From NCBI GenBank assembly GCA_964559135.1, contig CAZLGG010000001.1:72163-136162 (forward strand): 64,000 nt of DNA. The letters run 5' to 3'. The first letter of the stretch is position 1. The number at the start of each line of letters is the position of its first letter. The DNA is from an uncultured Planctomycetia bacterium (lineage in GTDB: Bacteria; Planctomycetota; GCA-002687715; DRQF01). Both the position numbers and the translations under genes were made by a program. Below, one piece after another: positions 18,858 through 27,738 of the stretch. Below the pieces are notes generated by a model that worked only from the letters and a program-made list of their open reading frames with translations, was not told the DNA's origin and did not search any database.

Positions 18858-19859
18858 TCAGATGGCGACGACGGTGCGCCTCGGGTGGTGCATCTTGATG
18901 AACACCTCGGAAACGAGCGGGTCGAAGAATGCTCCTTTTTCGTCCGAGATGATCTCCAAGGCCTGTTCGAGGGATGCCGGTTCCCGGTAGGGCCGCTTGG
19001 ACGTGATGGCGTCGAAAAAGTCGCAAAGACAAAGAATTCGGGCATCCAAGGGGATTTCGTCGCCGGCCAAACCGTCCGGATACCCGGCGCCGTCGAAGCG
19101 TTCGTGGTGATGTCGGATGACCGGAGCGATGTCCTGGAAGGCGGAGACGGGCTTCAGGATGTACTCCCCGATTTCCGAGTGTCGCTTCATGACGGTGTAT
19201 TCCGCGGATGTCAGCCGGTCCGGCTTGTTGAGGATGGCGTCGTCGATGCCGATCTTGCCGATGTCGTGGAGCTTTCCGGCGAAAGCGAGCCGTTCCAACC
19301 GCGCTTGTGTGAAGCAGAGGCCCCGTCCGATCTCGACGGCGTAGGCGGCGACGCGGCGTCCATGGCCGATGTTCATGCGATCCCGTTCCTCGGCCGCACG
19401 GGCGAGCGCGAGGGTCGTCTCCTTCTGCATCTGCGACTCGCGGCGTATCAGGAGTTGGCGCACCTCGTTCGCCTTGCGATTCTTGAGATCACGAATGCGT
19501 TCGACGGTGAAGGCGACTTTCTTCAAGTCATGGGGCCTGAGAAGGAAGTCGACCGCGCCCTCGTGCATCGCGGACACGGCTCGATCCAGATCGATCAGGT
19601 CGGCGGTGACGACCACGTCGATCTCGAGGCCTTCGGTCTCCAGACGGGCCGCAAGGTCGAAGAAAGAAAGCTGGGGGAGATCGATGTCGAAGAGGATCAG
19701 ATCGTAGTCGCGCTCTTGGAGAGCGCGCTTCACCTGAAAGGCCGTCGGCGCACAATCGACATCGAGATTGCGATGGGCGAGGAAGCGTGCGAGCTCCCTG
19801 CGCGTGCGTCCCTTGTGATCAGCCAAAAGAATCCGGAAGGCGCTTGTCCGGCTCATCAT
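18858..19859 (-). CDS. Response regulator: receiver domain fused to an HD-GYP phosphohydrolase domain (RpfG-like, putative c-di-GMP phosphodiesterase)
   Basis: Start at internal MMSRTSAFRILLADHKG (by codon count ~19859; ±1 nt uncertainty in my coordinate reading). Receiver with LILFDIDLP. HD-GYP motifs HDIGKIGI...HHERFDGAGYP. The first 125 codons of the ORF track are low-complexity noise. Confidence 0.8.
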   Translation of the reverse strand: MMSRTSAFRILLADHKGRTRRELARFLAHRNLDVDCAPTAFQVKRALQERDYDLILFDIDLPQLSFFDLAARLETEGLEIDVVVTADLIDLDRAVSAMHEGAVDFLLRPHDLKKVAFTVERIRDLKNRKANEVRQLLIRRESQMQKETTLALARAAEERDRMNIGHGRRVAAYAVEIGRGLCFTQARLERLAFAGKLHDIGKIGIDDAILNKPDRLTSAEYTVMKRHSEIGEYILKPVSAFQDIAPVIRHHHERFDGAGYPDGLAGDEIPLDARILCLCDFFDAITSKRPYREPASLEQALEIISDEKGAFFDPLVSEVFIKMHHPRRTVVAI

Positions 19860-20249
19860 GTCCCCCCTGCGAGATCGCGTAATGAATCGCCGAATCCCGT
19901 CGGCGATGCAACAACCGTCCCCATTTAGGGGGAGAGCTCGAGGTTTGGGAAGAGGGAAAACGCCAAAATTGGACAATTTGTATAAGCGATCCTGGGGACA
20001 ACGGCGCGAAAAACGTTGATAACTTTTCGGAAGACTCGGAAGGAACGAGGAATTCGAGGGCGGATCGTGGGATTCAAGGCAGGTCACCCGTTGCGGGCGG
20101 CCCGGGACAACATGTGGAGATCTCCGGGAGAAAATGGGGAACAGGGGGGAAAACCCTACGGGGCGGACTGGTCGACCAAGAGTCGGGCGCCGGGATTGAA
20201 CGACGAACGCGGTCGTCTTCCCCACGTTTTCCACAGACTTCCCAGAGGT

Positions 20250-21002
20250 TCAGTCAGGATCGCGCTCGGCGAGTTCGGGCATGACGAAGCGACGGCCGAG
20301 GTAGGCGCGTCGGACCCTCTCGTCTTCGATGAGGCGCCGGGCCGGACCGTGCTGAAGGATGCGTCCTTCGTGGATGATGTAGGCGCGGTCGGTCACGTTC
20401 AGGGTCTCACGAACGTTGTGATCGGTCATGAGGATGCCCATGCCCCGCTCCTCGAGTCCCACCACGAGTTTCTGGATCTCTTCCACGGCGATGGGATCCA
20501 CCCCGGAGAACGGCTCGTCCAGGAGAAGGAGTTTGGGTTCGGTCACGAGAATCCTGGAGATCTCCAGTCGGCGGCGCTCTCCACCCGAAAGCAGTGCGGC
20601 TCGGCGTGTCGCCAAGCGGTCGAGGTGCATCTCGGTCAGGATGCGATCGGCGCGGTCGCGTCGTTCGCCGCGGCTGAGGCCGGGAATCCACTCGAGGACG
20701 GCCAGGATGTTGTCCCGGACGGTGAGGCCCTTGAAGACCGACGGTTCCTGAGCCAGGTAGCCCATGCCCAGGCGAGCTCGGCGAGCGACGGACTCCCGGG
20801 TGATGTCCTTGCCGCCCAAGTGAATGCGTCCGCGGTCCGCACGGATGAGTCCCATGACCATGGAAAACGTGGTCGTCTTGCCGGCGCCGTTGGGACCGAG
20901 CAAGCCCACGATCTCGCCGGTGTCGACTTCGATGGAGACGTCATGGACGACGATCCGTCCCCCGTACCTTTTGTGCAGGCCCTCGGCGACCAGAAAGCTC
21001 AC
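20250..21002 (-). CDS. lptB: LptB-family ABC transporter ATP-binding protein
   Basis: Walker A GLLGPNGAGKTT, YLAQEPSVFKGLTVRDNI, signature LSGGERRRLEISR, Walker B LLLLDEP. 250 aa. No lptA/lptC adjacent, so the lptB call is family-level. Confidence 0.7.
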   Translation of the reverse strand: MSFLVAEGLHKRYGGRIVVHDVSIEVDTGEIVGLLGPNGAGKTTTFSMVMGLIRADRGRIHLGGKDITRESVARRARLGMGYLAQEPSVFKGLTVRDNILAVLEWIPGLSRGERRDRADRILTEMHLDRLATRRAALLSGGERRRLEISRILVTEPKLLLLDEPFSGVDPIAVEEIQKLVVGLEERGMGILMTDHNVRETLNVTDRAYIIHEGRILQHGPARRLIEDERVRRAYLGRRFVMPELAERDPD

Positions 21003-22648
21003 CGAATCACTCCGATCTGCAGCGGCGGCCAGAAGACCAGATAGGCGCGGCCCAGAACGAATTCCTTGGGTACGTAGTGGTCGTACCAGGTCTCGACGGG
21101 CACGGGACCTCGTTCGGGATGGAAGGGGTCCGGAACCATTTCGATGCGGTCGGGATCGATTTCCCTCAGGTTTCCGAAGACGTCGATGAATCGGGTGTTG
21201 TCGTCGAAGGGGTTGTGCATGGGGCGCAGCGCCAGCTCGGAAGGCGTCGACCCCTCGTGGTGGCGGTTTTCCGCGCCGACACCCTCGAAGTCGCCGCTCA
21301 GGACGGCCACATCGCCGTTCTCACCCCGATAACGAAGATCCGCCCTCTGAAAGGCGCGGCAGTCGAGGCTATTGGGCGAATTGTCTCCCAGCATGAGGTA
21401 GTGGTCCGCAGGAATGGAAAAGTCCGTGACGCCCGAGAAGCTGTAGTAGAGATCGCGAGCGAGATCGATATCTCGCATCCGTACACGGCCGCCGGCACAG
21501 CCGAAACTGACCCCGTTGTCGTAGGGCAAATCGTGCGTGGGCTGGACGGGGACCTCCCTCGGCTCCACGGCCGGAGGCGGGCTGGTTTGGCTGCTTTCGG
21601 GAATCGCCCCGACGACCGGAATCATCGGATGCTCGTAGGTCTTCGAGAAGACCTGGTCGCCATCCACTTCCACAAAGATGGCGTCGTCCACGTTGGCGAG
21701 CGAAACGGGGGTCCAGCTGTCGGTCTCGAGCTTGGCGTCGATGGGGAATGACTGGTCACCGAAGACGAGGCGGCTGGAATCGTCAGACCCCTTGGAGGCC
21801 AACTCCAGCCGAATGACTCGGCCGTGCGTGCCGTCGCGAATCTCCATCACGAACCGTCCCTTGTCCTCTCGGGGATTCACGTCCATGGCCAACCGAATAT
21901 CTCCGACCTCCGCCTCGTGCCCGGGGACGGGCCCAGTCCCCTGGGCGGGGCCTGCAAGGCCGAGCATGAGACCGATGGACGAGCGAGGGGGCACGATGGG
22001 CGCAAAGTCGTCGAAACGGCGGTTGCTGATGGCCGGGCAGGGCTGACCTGCTCGCACCGCGTAGCGGGCTGGCAAGGTGAACGAGACGAGATTCATGCCG
22101 TTTTTCGCGTCGAATTCGATCTCTTCGTCGTCCACGAGAACACGCACGTCACCCTGACCGCGATCGCCTTTTTCCTGTTTCCAGTAGCGCCGGAATGCCT
22201 GCGTATTTCGATCCTCGGGGGGGATGCACTTCAAAAGGTCGAAGAGTTCCTCCTGGACGTTGGCCGGCTTGCGTTGGATCTTGGCCTGCTTCAGCGCTTC
22301 GTCGTGATCCAGCTCCGCGGGCGCCGTGTAGATATCGCCGTTTCGGATGAACAGCCATTCCGGACCGATTCCGACGAGGCGCTTCACGTAGTTCATCAGC
22401 CGTTCGAGCGGGTACCGGAACACGACGACTTCCCAGCGGCGAGGATCGCGCACCTGGTAGACGTACTTGTTCACGATGAGTCGGTACCCCCCCTCGGGTC
22501 TGCCGATGATGACCGGCTCCATCGACTCGGTGGGCACCTGGAAGGCCTCGAACGCGAATTGCTTGATGAGAAGAGCCATCACGACGGCCACGGCCAGGGA
22601 TTCGATCGTTGCCCTGTACCGCCCGCGTTCTTCGGGTTTTGCGCTCAT
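20999..22648 (-). CDS. lepB: Signal peptidase I (S26), long paralog 1 (549 aa)
   Basis: N-terminal TM (LAVAVVMALLIKQFAF). Catalytic Ser box ESMEPVI. Lys box VKRLVGIGPEW. GDN box YLMLGDNSPNSLD. C-terminal LGRAYLVFWP. Large insertion between the boxes. 4-nt overlap with lptB. Confidence 0.85.
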   Translation of the reverse strand: MSAKPEERGRYRATIESLAVAVVMALLIKQFAFEAFQVPTESMEPVIIGRPEGGYRLIVNKYVYQVRDPRRWEVVVFRYPLERLMNYVKRLVGIGPEWLFIRNGDIYTAPAELDHDEALKQAKIQRKPANVQEELFDLLKCIPPEDRNTQAFRRYWKQEKGDRGQGDVRVLVDDEEIEFDAKNGMNLVSFTLPARYAVRAGQPCPAISNRRFDDFAPIVPPRSSIGLMLGLAGPAQGTGPVPGHEAEVGDIRLAMDVNPREDKGRFVMEIRDGTHGRVIRLELASKGSDDSSRLVFGDQSFPIDAKLETDSWTPVSLANVDDAIFVEVDGDQVFSKTYEHPMIPVVGAIPESSQTSPPPAVEPREVPVQPTHDLPYDNGVSFGCAGGRVRMRDIDLARDLYYSFSGVTDFSIPADHYLMLGDNSPNSLDCRAFQRADLRYRGENGDVAVLSGDFEGVGAENRHHEGSTPSELALRPMHNPFDDNTRFIDVFGNLREIDPDRIEMVPDPFHPERGPVPVETWYDHYVPKEFVLGRAYLVFWPPLQIGVIR

Positions 22649-22667
22649 GAATTGCCGTCCTTCCGAG

Positions 22668-24176
22668 TCACCGAATGAATGCCATACGTTCCCAGGGCAG
22701 AAACACCACGAGAGCTCTTCCGAGGATGAGCTTGCGGGGGACGAAGGGAAAGCACGTTCGCTTCAGCCGTTTCCACGGCCTCGCTCCTTGCCCCAGGTCA
22801 TGTATGTTGCCGAACCGATCCAGAAACCTCCAGCGCGACCCGGAGGCGTCTCCGAGTTGGTCCTCGCGCCAAGGATTGTCGATGCGTACGGAGAGGTTTT
22901 CGGGGTCCGGAATGGCCTCCGCGTCGCCCTCGTAGACTTCCCCGTCCTTGGTCTCGATTTCCATCCGCACCCATTCTCGGCTGTCCTTGCTGGACGGTGA
23001 GTTGTCGCCCAGGAAGAAGTACGAGCCTCGAGGGATGTCCCACGAAAAATGGCGCATCCCGCTGCAGTTTCCGCGGCGATAGTAGATGTCCCGGTAGACC
23101 TGCGGTCGACGGAAACGCGCCGCGGCGTCCTGGAGACCGAATGCGATTTTCTGCTGGTCGTTGAACCGATTGGACGTGGCGCGAGGCATGTGCCGGTAGG
23201 TCGCTCGGGCGACGATTTCGCCGTCGACCTCCAAGAGGACTTCGTCGTCCACGTTGGTGAACGCCAAGTTCGTCCATGTGTCGGGGGAGAGGTGGAAGTC
23301 GCCGAGGTCCGCCAGCTGCTCCTCGTCGCGGAGCAGGACTCCCTGCCTGGGTTCATCGCCGATGGGCACCCTTGCTTTCAGCCGTCCCCCGTGTTGCGGA
23401 TCGATGATCTCGAACACGATGAATCCGCGGTGGGTCGTCGGCTTGGTTTCGACTTCGACTTGAACGTCTCCGACGACATACTCCCCCCAGACATTGTTGG
23501 GCGAGAGGTCCTCGAACTTGTTCCTTTGATCCCTGACGGTCTCGCGAAAAATCGCGAACGTCGGCTGTTGGGACGCGGCCAGAACTCCTCCCTCATCGAA
23601 CTCCCAAGTCTTGTGGTCGGGAAGCGGCGACCCTTCGAAGTGCCACGACTTCCGGAGAGTCTCCTCGTCGGTGCGATCGAGGGTCTCGGGGTCGATTTGC
23701 GGGTATCGGTGGAGCATGGCCTCTCGGACGGCATCCGGTTTTCGGGCGATGTGCAGGCGGTTTTCCGCGAAGAGTTTTTCCGGGCGCTCTCCGGCCGCAT
23801 TCACCGGTCCGGTCCAGATGTCGCCGTCGATGATGAACAGGGACTCGGGCCCGATACCGATGACGCGCTTGATGTAGTTCACGCGCAAATCGTTCGGGTA
23901 GCGAAACACCCAGACCTCGAATCGCCGCGGATCGCGAAGGAGTCCGGTGATCTTGTCCACGAGGATGCGGTCTCCGTCGTCCTCGGAACCGTGGATCGTT
24001 GGCTCCATGGAGCCCGTGGGAACCTTGTAGGCCTCGCCCACGAATTGCTTCACGAGGAGGGCGAAGATGATCGCCGAGACGAGAGCTTCGATCGTTTCTC
24101 GAAAGACCGGAGTGCGGTGGATGGATGAGGCCCTGCCCCCCTCCGCGTCGCGGCCGGCCTCCACGGCATCATTCAC
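22668..24176 (-). CDS. lepB: Signal peptidase I (S26), long paralog 2 (502 aa)
   Basis: TM (LVSAIIFALLVKQFVG). TGSMEPTI. IKRVIGIGPESLFI. FFLGDNSPSSKDSREW. LGRALVVFLPW. Blocks collinear and similar to paralog 1. ATGA overlap with the lepA stop. Confidence 0.85.
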   Translation of the reverse strand: MNDAVEAGRDAEGGRASSIHRTPVFRETIEALVSAIIFALLVKQFVGEAYKVPTGSMEPTIHGSEDDGDRILVDKITGLLRDPRRFEVWVFRYPNDLRVNYIKRVIGIGPESLFIIDGDIWTGPVNAAGERPEKLFAENRLHIARKPDAVREAMLHRYPQIDPETLDRTDEETLRKSWHFEGSPLPDHKTWEFDEGGVLAASQQPTFAIFRETVRDQRNKFEDLSPNNVWGEYVVGDVQVEVETKPTTHRGFIVFEIIDPQHGGRLKARVPIGDEPRQGVLLRDEEQLADLGDFHLSPDTWTNLAFTNVDDEVLLEVDGEIVARATYRHMPRATSNRFNDQQKIAFGLQDAAARFRRPQVYRDIYYRRGNCSGMRHFSWDIPRGSYFFLGDNSPSSKDSREWVRMEIETKDGEVYEGDAEAIPDPENLSVRIDNPWREDQLGDASGSRWRFLDRFGNIHDLGQGARPWKRLKRTCFPFVPRKLILGRALVVFLPWERMAFIR

Positions 24177-25987
24177 TCGTCACGGTCCAGCTTCAGGGCC
24201 GCGAAGAAGGCGGACTGGGGAATCTCGACGTTGCCCACCGACTTCATGCGTCGCTTGCCTTCCTTTTGCTTCTCGAGCAGCTTGCGTTTGCGAGTGATGT
24301 CGCCGCCGTAGCACTTGGCCGTCACGTTTTTCCGCATCGCGCGGATGTTCTCGCGGGCGATGATCTTCCCGCCGATCGCCGCCTGCAACGGAATCTCGAA
24401 GAGGTGGCGGGGGATTTCCTTTTTCAACTTGATGAGAAGCTGCCGCCCCTTGCGCGTCGATTCGTCCCGATGGACGATCATGCTCAGCGCGTCCACGTCC
24501 GTCCCGTTCACGAGGACTCTCAGCTTCACGAGATTCGCCGCGCGGTACTCCTTCACATGGTAGTCCATGGTCCCGTAGCCCTTCGTCGACGATTTCAGCT
24601 TGTCGTAGAAATCGAAGATGATCTCCGAGAGTGGGATCTCGTAGTGGAGAAGGACCCGCTCGGTGCCCAGGTATTCCGTCTTGACGTAGGCGCCGCGGCG
24701 CTCTTCGCAGAGCCGCATGATCGCTCCGATGGCCGTGCTGGGGACGATCATGCTGACTTCGGCGATGGGCTCGCGGATTTCCTTGACCGTGCCGTCGTCC
24801 GGAAACTTCGAGGGGCTGTCGATGAGGAATTCGCGGTTGTCGGTCGTCTGGAGTTCATACGTGACATTGGGGGGCGTTTGGACGAGGTCGATTCCCGATT
24901 CCCGTTCCAGGCGCTCCTGGACGATCTCCATGTGGAGAAGGCCCAGAAATCCGGCGCGGAATCCGAACCCCAGGGCATCGGACGTCTCGGGTTCGAAATT
25001 GAAACTGGCGTCATTCAGGTGCAGTTTGTCGAGGGCCGCGCGCAGGTTCTCGTAGTCGCCCGGGTTGCTGGGATACAGCCCGCAGTACACGAAAGGCCTC
25101 GGTTCTTCGTAGCCGGGTAGAGCCTCGACGTCGGTCTTTTGATGAGTGACCGTGTCGCCGATCTTCACGTCATGAATCGTCTTGATATTGCAGATGAGAT
25201 AGCCGACCTCTCCCGTCGAGAGTTCATCCACGGCCACCATGTCCGGGCGGAACTTGCCGAGTTCGAGCACTTCATAGGCCTTGTGGGCGCCGAGCATCCG
25301 GATCCGATCGCGCTTTTTCACGCGGCCGTTCACGACTCGGACGTAGACGATGACGCCCCGATAGTCGTCGAAGACCGAATCGAAGATCAATGCCTGGAGT
25401 TCTGATTCCGGATCGCCGCTCGGCGCGGGGATGCGGTCGACGACACGGTTCAGCAACTCGGCCACGCCGGCTCCGGTCTTCGCCGAGATGTGCATGACCT
25501 CTTCGGCGGGCAATCCCAGGACCGACTCGATTTCCATGGCGACTTCGTCCGGTCTGGCCACGGGGAGATCGACCTTGTTGAGGACCGGAATGATTTCCAG
25601 ATCGGAGTCGACGGCCAACCACGTGTTCGCGGCCGTTTGCGCCTCGACGCCTTGAGCCGCATCGACGAGCAGGACGGCGCCTTCGCAGGCCGCCATGCTG
25701 CGGGAAACCTCGTAGCTGAAGTCCACGTGTCCCGGCGTATCGATCAGGTGCACGATGTAGGGGATGCCATCCTTCTCCCAATGGATCTCCACAGCCTTCG
25801 CCTTGATGGTGATGCCGCGTTCACGCTCGAGATCCATGTCGTCGAGGAGTTGGTCCCTCCGATTGCGTTCATTCACGGTACCCGTGATCTCCATGATCCG
25901 GTCCGCGAGGGTCGACTTGCCATGGTCGATGTGCGCGATGATGCAGAAATTCCGAATCCGCGCTGTCTTGTTGTTCGATTCTGGCAT
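24173..25987 (-). CDS. lepA: Elongation factor 4 (LepA)
   Basis: Start at internal MPESNNKTARIRNFCIIAHIDHGKSTLADRIM (ATG 25987, overlapping the rdgB stop as TGATG). G-domain motifs and C-terminal LepA region. Confidence 0.92.
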   Translation of the reverse strand: MPESNNKTARIRNFCIIAHIDHGKSTLADRIMEITGTVNERNRRDQLLDDMDLERERGITIKAKAVEIHWEKDGIPYIVHLIDTPGHVDFSYEVSRSMAACEGAVLLVDAAQGVEAQTAANTWLAVDSDLEIIPVLNKVDLPVARPDEVAMEIESVLGLPAEEVMHISAKTGAGVAELLNRVVDRIPAPSGDPESELQALIFDSVFDDYRGVIVYVRVVNGRVKKRDRIRMLGAHKAYEVLELGKFRPDMVAVDELSTGEVGYLICNIKTIHDVKIGDTVTHQKTDVEALPGYEEPRPFVYCGLYPSNPGDYENLRAALDKLHLNDASFNFEPETSDALGFGFRAGFLGLLHMEIVQERLERESGIDLVQTPPNVTYELQTTDNREFLIDSPSKFPDDGTVKEIREPIAEVSMIVPSTAIGAIMRLCEERRGAYVKTEYLGTERVLLHYEIPLSEIIFDFYDKLKSSTKGYGTMDYHVKEYRAANLVKLRVLVNGTDVDALSMIVHRDESTRKGRQLLIKLKKEIPRHLFEIPLQAAIGGKIIARENIRAMRKNVTAKCYGGDITRKRKLLEKQKEGKRRMKSVGNVEIPQSAFFAALKLDRDE

Positions 25988-26613
25988 CAGAAGTTTTGTC
26001 GGTTCTCGATGATGGAAAGGAGACTGGGGAACGAGCTTTTCAGTTGCTCGAGAGCGCGGCCTCGGTGGGAGACCTGCGCTTTGCGCGGCCCGTCCACTTC
26101 GGCGAAGGTCTCTCCCCATTCAGGGTACAGAAACAAAGGATCGTAGCCGAACCCCCCTTCGCCCCGAGGACTTTCAAGAATTCGGCCCCGGACCACGCCC
26201 TCGGTCGTCAAATGAACCTCCCCCGGACTGGCCACCGCAATGACGCATCGAAACTGGGCGCCCCGCTGCTCCTCGCAGATGCCTTCCAATTCTTCCAACA
26301 GCTTGGCGTTGTTCGCCGCGTCGTCCCCCTCTTTTCCGGCGTAGCGCGAGGAGTGGACTCCGGGTGCGCCCCCGAGGGCGTCGACTTCGAGGCCTGAATC
26401 GTCCGCGACGCAAATCTCACCGCATTGCTCCGCATACCACAGAGCTTTCTTTTTCGCGTTTTCGGCGAACGTGCGGCCGTCTTCGACGGCGGTTTCCACG
26501 CCTGGACGGACCTCTTCCACGGAAACGATTTCGCAACCCAAGGGGGCAAGGATCTGCTTCATCTCCGAGAGCTTTTTCGGGTTTTTCGTCGCGATGACCA
26601 GCCGTCGAGCCAT
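25987..26613 (-). CDS. rdgB: Non-canonical purine NTP pyrophosphatase (dITP/XTP pyrophosphatase, Ham1/RdgB)
   Basis: MARRLVIATKNPKKLSEMKQIL...GFGYDPLF. 208 aa. Confidence 0.88.
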   Translation of the reverse strand: MARRLVIATKNPKKLSEMKQILAPLGCEIVSVEEVRPGVETAVEDGRTFAENAKKKALWYAEQCGEICVADDSGLEVDALGGAPGVHSSRYAGKEGDDAANNAKLLEELEGICEEQRGAQFRCVIAVASPGEVHLTTEGVVRGRILESPRGEGGFGYDPLFLYPEWGETFAEVDGPRKAQVSHRGRALEQLKSSFPSLLSIIENRQNF

Positions 26614-26622
26614 GGTGTCTCC

Positions 26623-27348
26623 TCAACCCAGGCGAATCAGGGCCCGGTTTTGAATGGACGCGATCGTCTGAATGCCCTGTTCGGCCATCTCCAGACACGA
26701 GAGGAATTGGTTTCGGGGCAACGGGCGCTTCTCGGCCGTTCCCTGGACCTCGATGATTTGCCCCTCGTGGGTCATGACGAAATTGAGATCCGACTCTGCC
26801 TGGGAGTCCTCCTCGTAGGTGGGGTCGAGCAGGGGTTTCCCGTCCACCACCACCACGCTCACCGCCGCCAAGCCTCCTCGGAGGGGGTCTTTCTTGAGAA
26901 CTTTCTCCCCGCGGAGTCGATGCACCGCGTCATACAGGGCGATCCAGGCTCCCGTGATCGAAGCGGTCCTCGTCCCGGCGTCCGCCTCCACGACGTCGCA
27001 GTCGAGCCAGAGCGTGCGAGGCCCCAGAGCCTTTTGGTCCACGATCGTGCGGAGCGATCGGCCGATGAGCCTTTGAATCTCCACGGTGCGCCCGTCCAGG
27101 TTGACGCGGCGACCGTCCCGAATCTTTCGTTGTCCCGTGGAACCCGGGAGCATGCCGTATTCGGCGCTCACCCAGCCCAGTCCCTTGTTGTAGAGGAAAG
27201 GAGGCACCTGCTCCTGGACGGTGGCCGTGACGATCACCCGTGTCCGTCCCCATTCGATGAAAACAGAGCCGGCGGCGGAGGGGACGAAGTCCCGGGTGAT
27301 CTTGATGTCCCGGAGTTGGTCCGGGGCGCGGCCATCGGAGCGCGACAT
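26623..27348 (-). CDS. rph: Ribonuclease PH
   Basis: RAPDQLRDIKITRDF...AEYGMLPGSTGQR...LDCDVVEADAGTRTASITGA. 241 aa. Confidence 0.9.
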   Translation of the reverse strand: MSRSDGRAPDQLRDIKITRDFVPSAAGSVFIEWGRTRVIVTATVQEQVPPFLYNKGLGWVSAEYGMLPGSTGQRKIRDGRRVNLDGRTVEIQRLIGRSLRTIVDQKALGPRTLWLDCDVVEADAGTRTASITGAWIALYDAVHRLRGEKVLKKDPLRGGLAAVSVVVVDGKPLLDPTYEEDSQAESDLNFVMTHEGQIIEVQGTAEKRPLPRNQFLSCLEMAEQGIQTIASIQNRALIRLG

Positions 27349-27738
27349 GACGTATCCTCTTGCTCTGTATATATTTGAGACTCAGTCGCCAAGGCTGCGC
27401 ATTATAGGGGCCCTCCCGGTCGCGAACAAGCGCTCCTCGCCCAGGCCCTCCGGGTGGAAAACGAGCGGATGTGAACGAACGCAGGCCGGGTGGGCGGAGC
27501 CCCACGAGCCTCGAGATTCCCCCAAAGGGTGAGAATCGGCGACACCCGGTTGACGGTCGCATTTGCAAGGTGTCACAACATTTATCTATGTCATGGGTTG
27601 TGTCGCCTCCTTCGATGGGCCGGCCGACTCGGTGCCTGGGAACGGCGCGGACCCATTTGGTGCCACGATTCGGTATGAGGCTTGCGTACATCATGTTGGA
27701 GCGTCTTTTGTAGCTCGGTTCGGAACGGAGTCGACACG

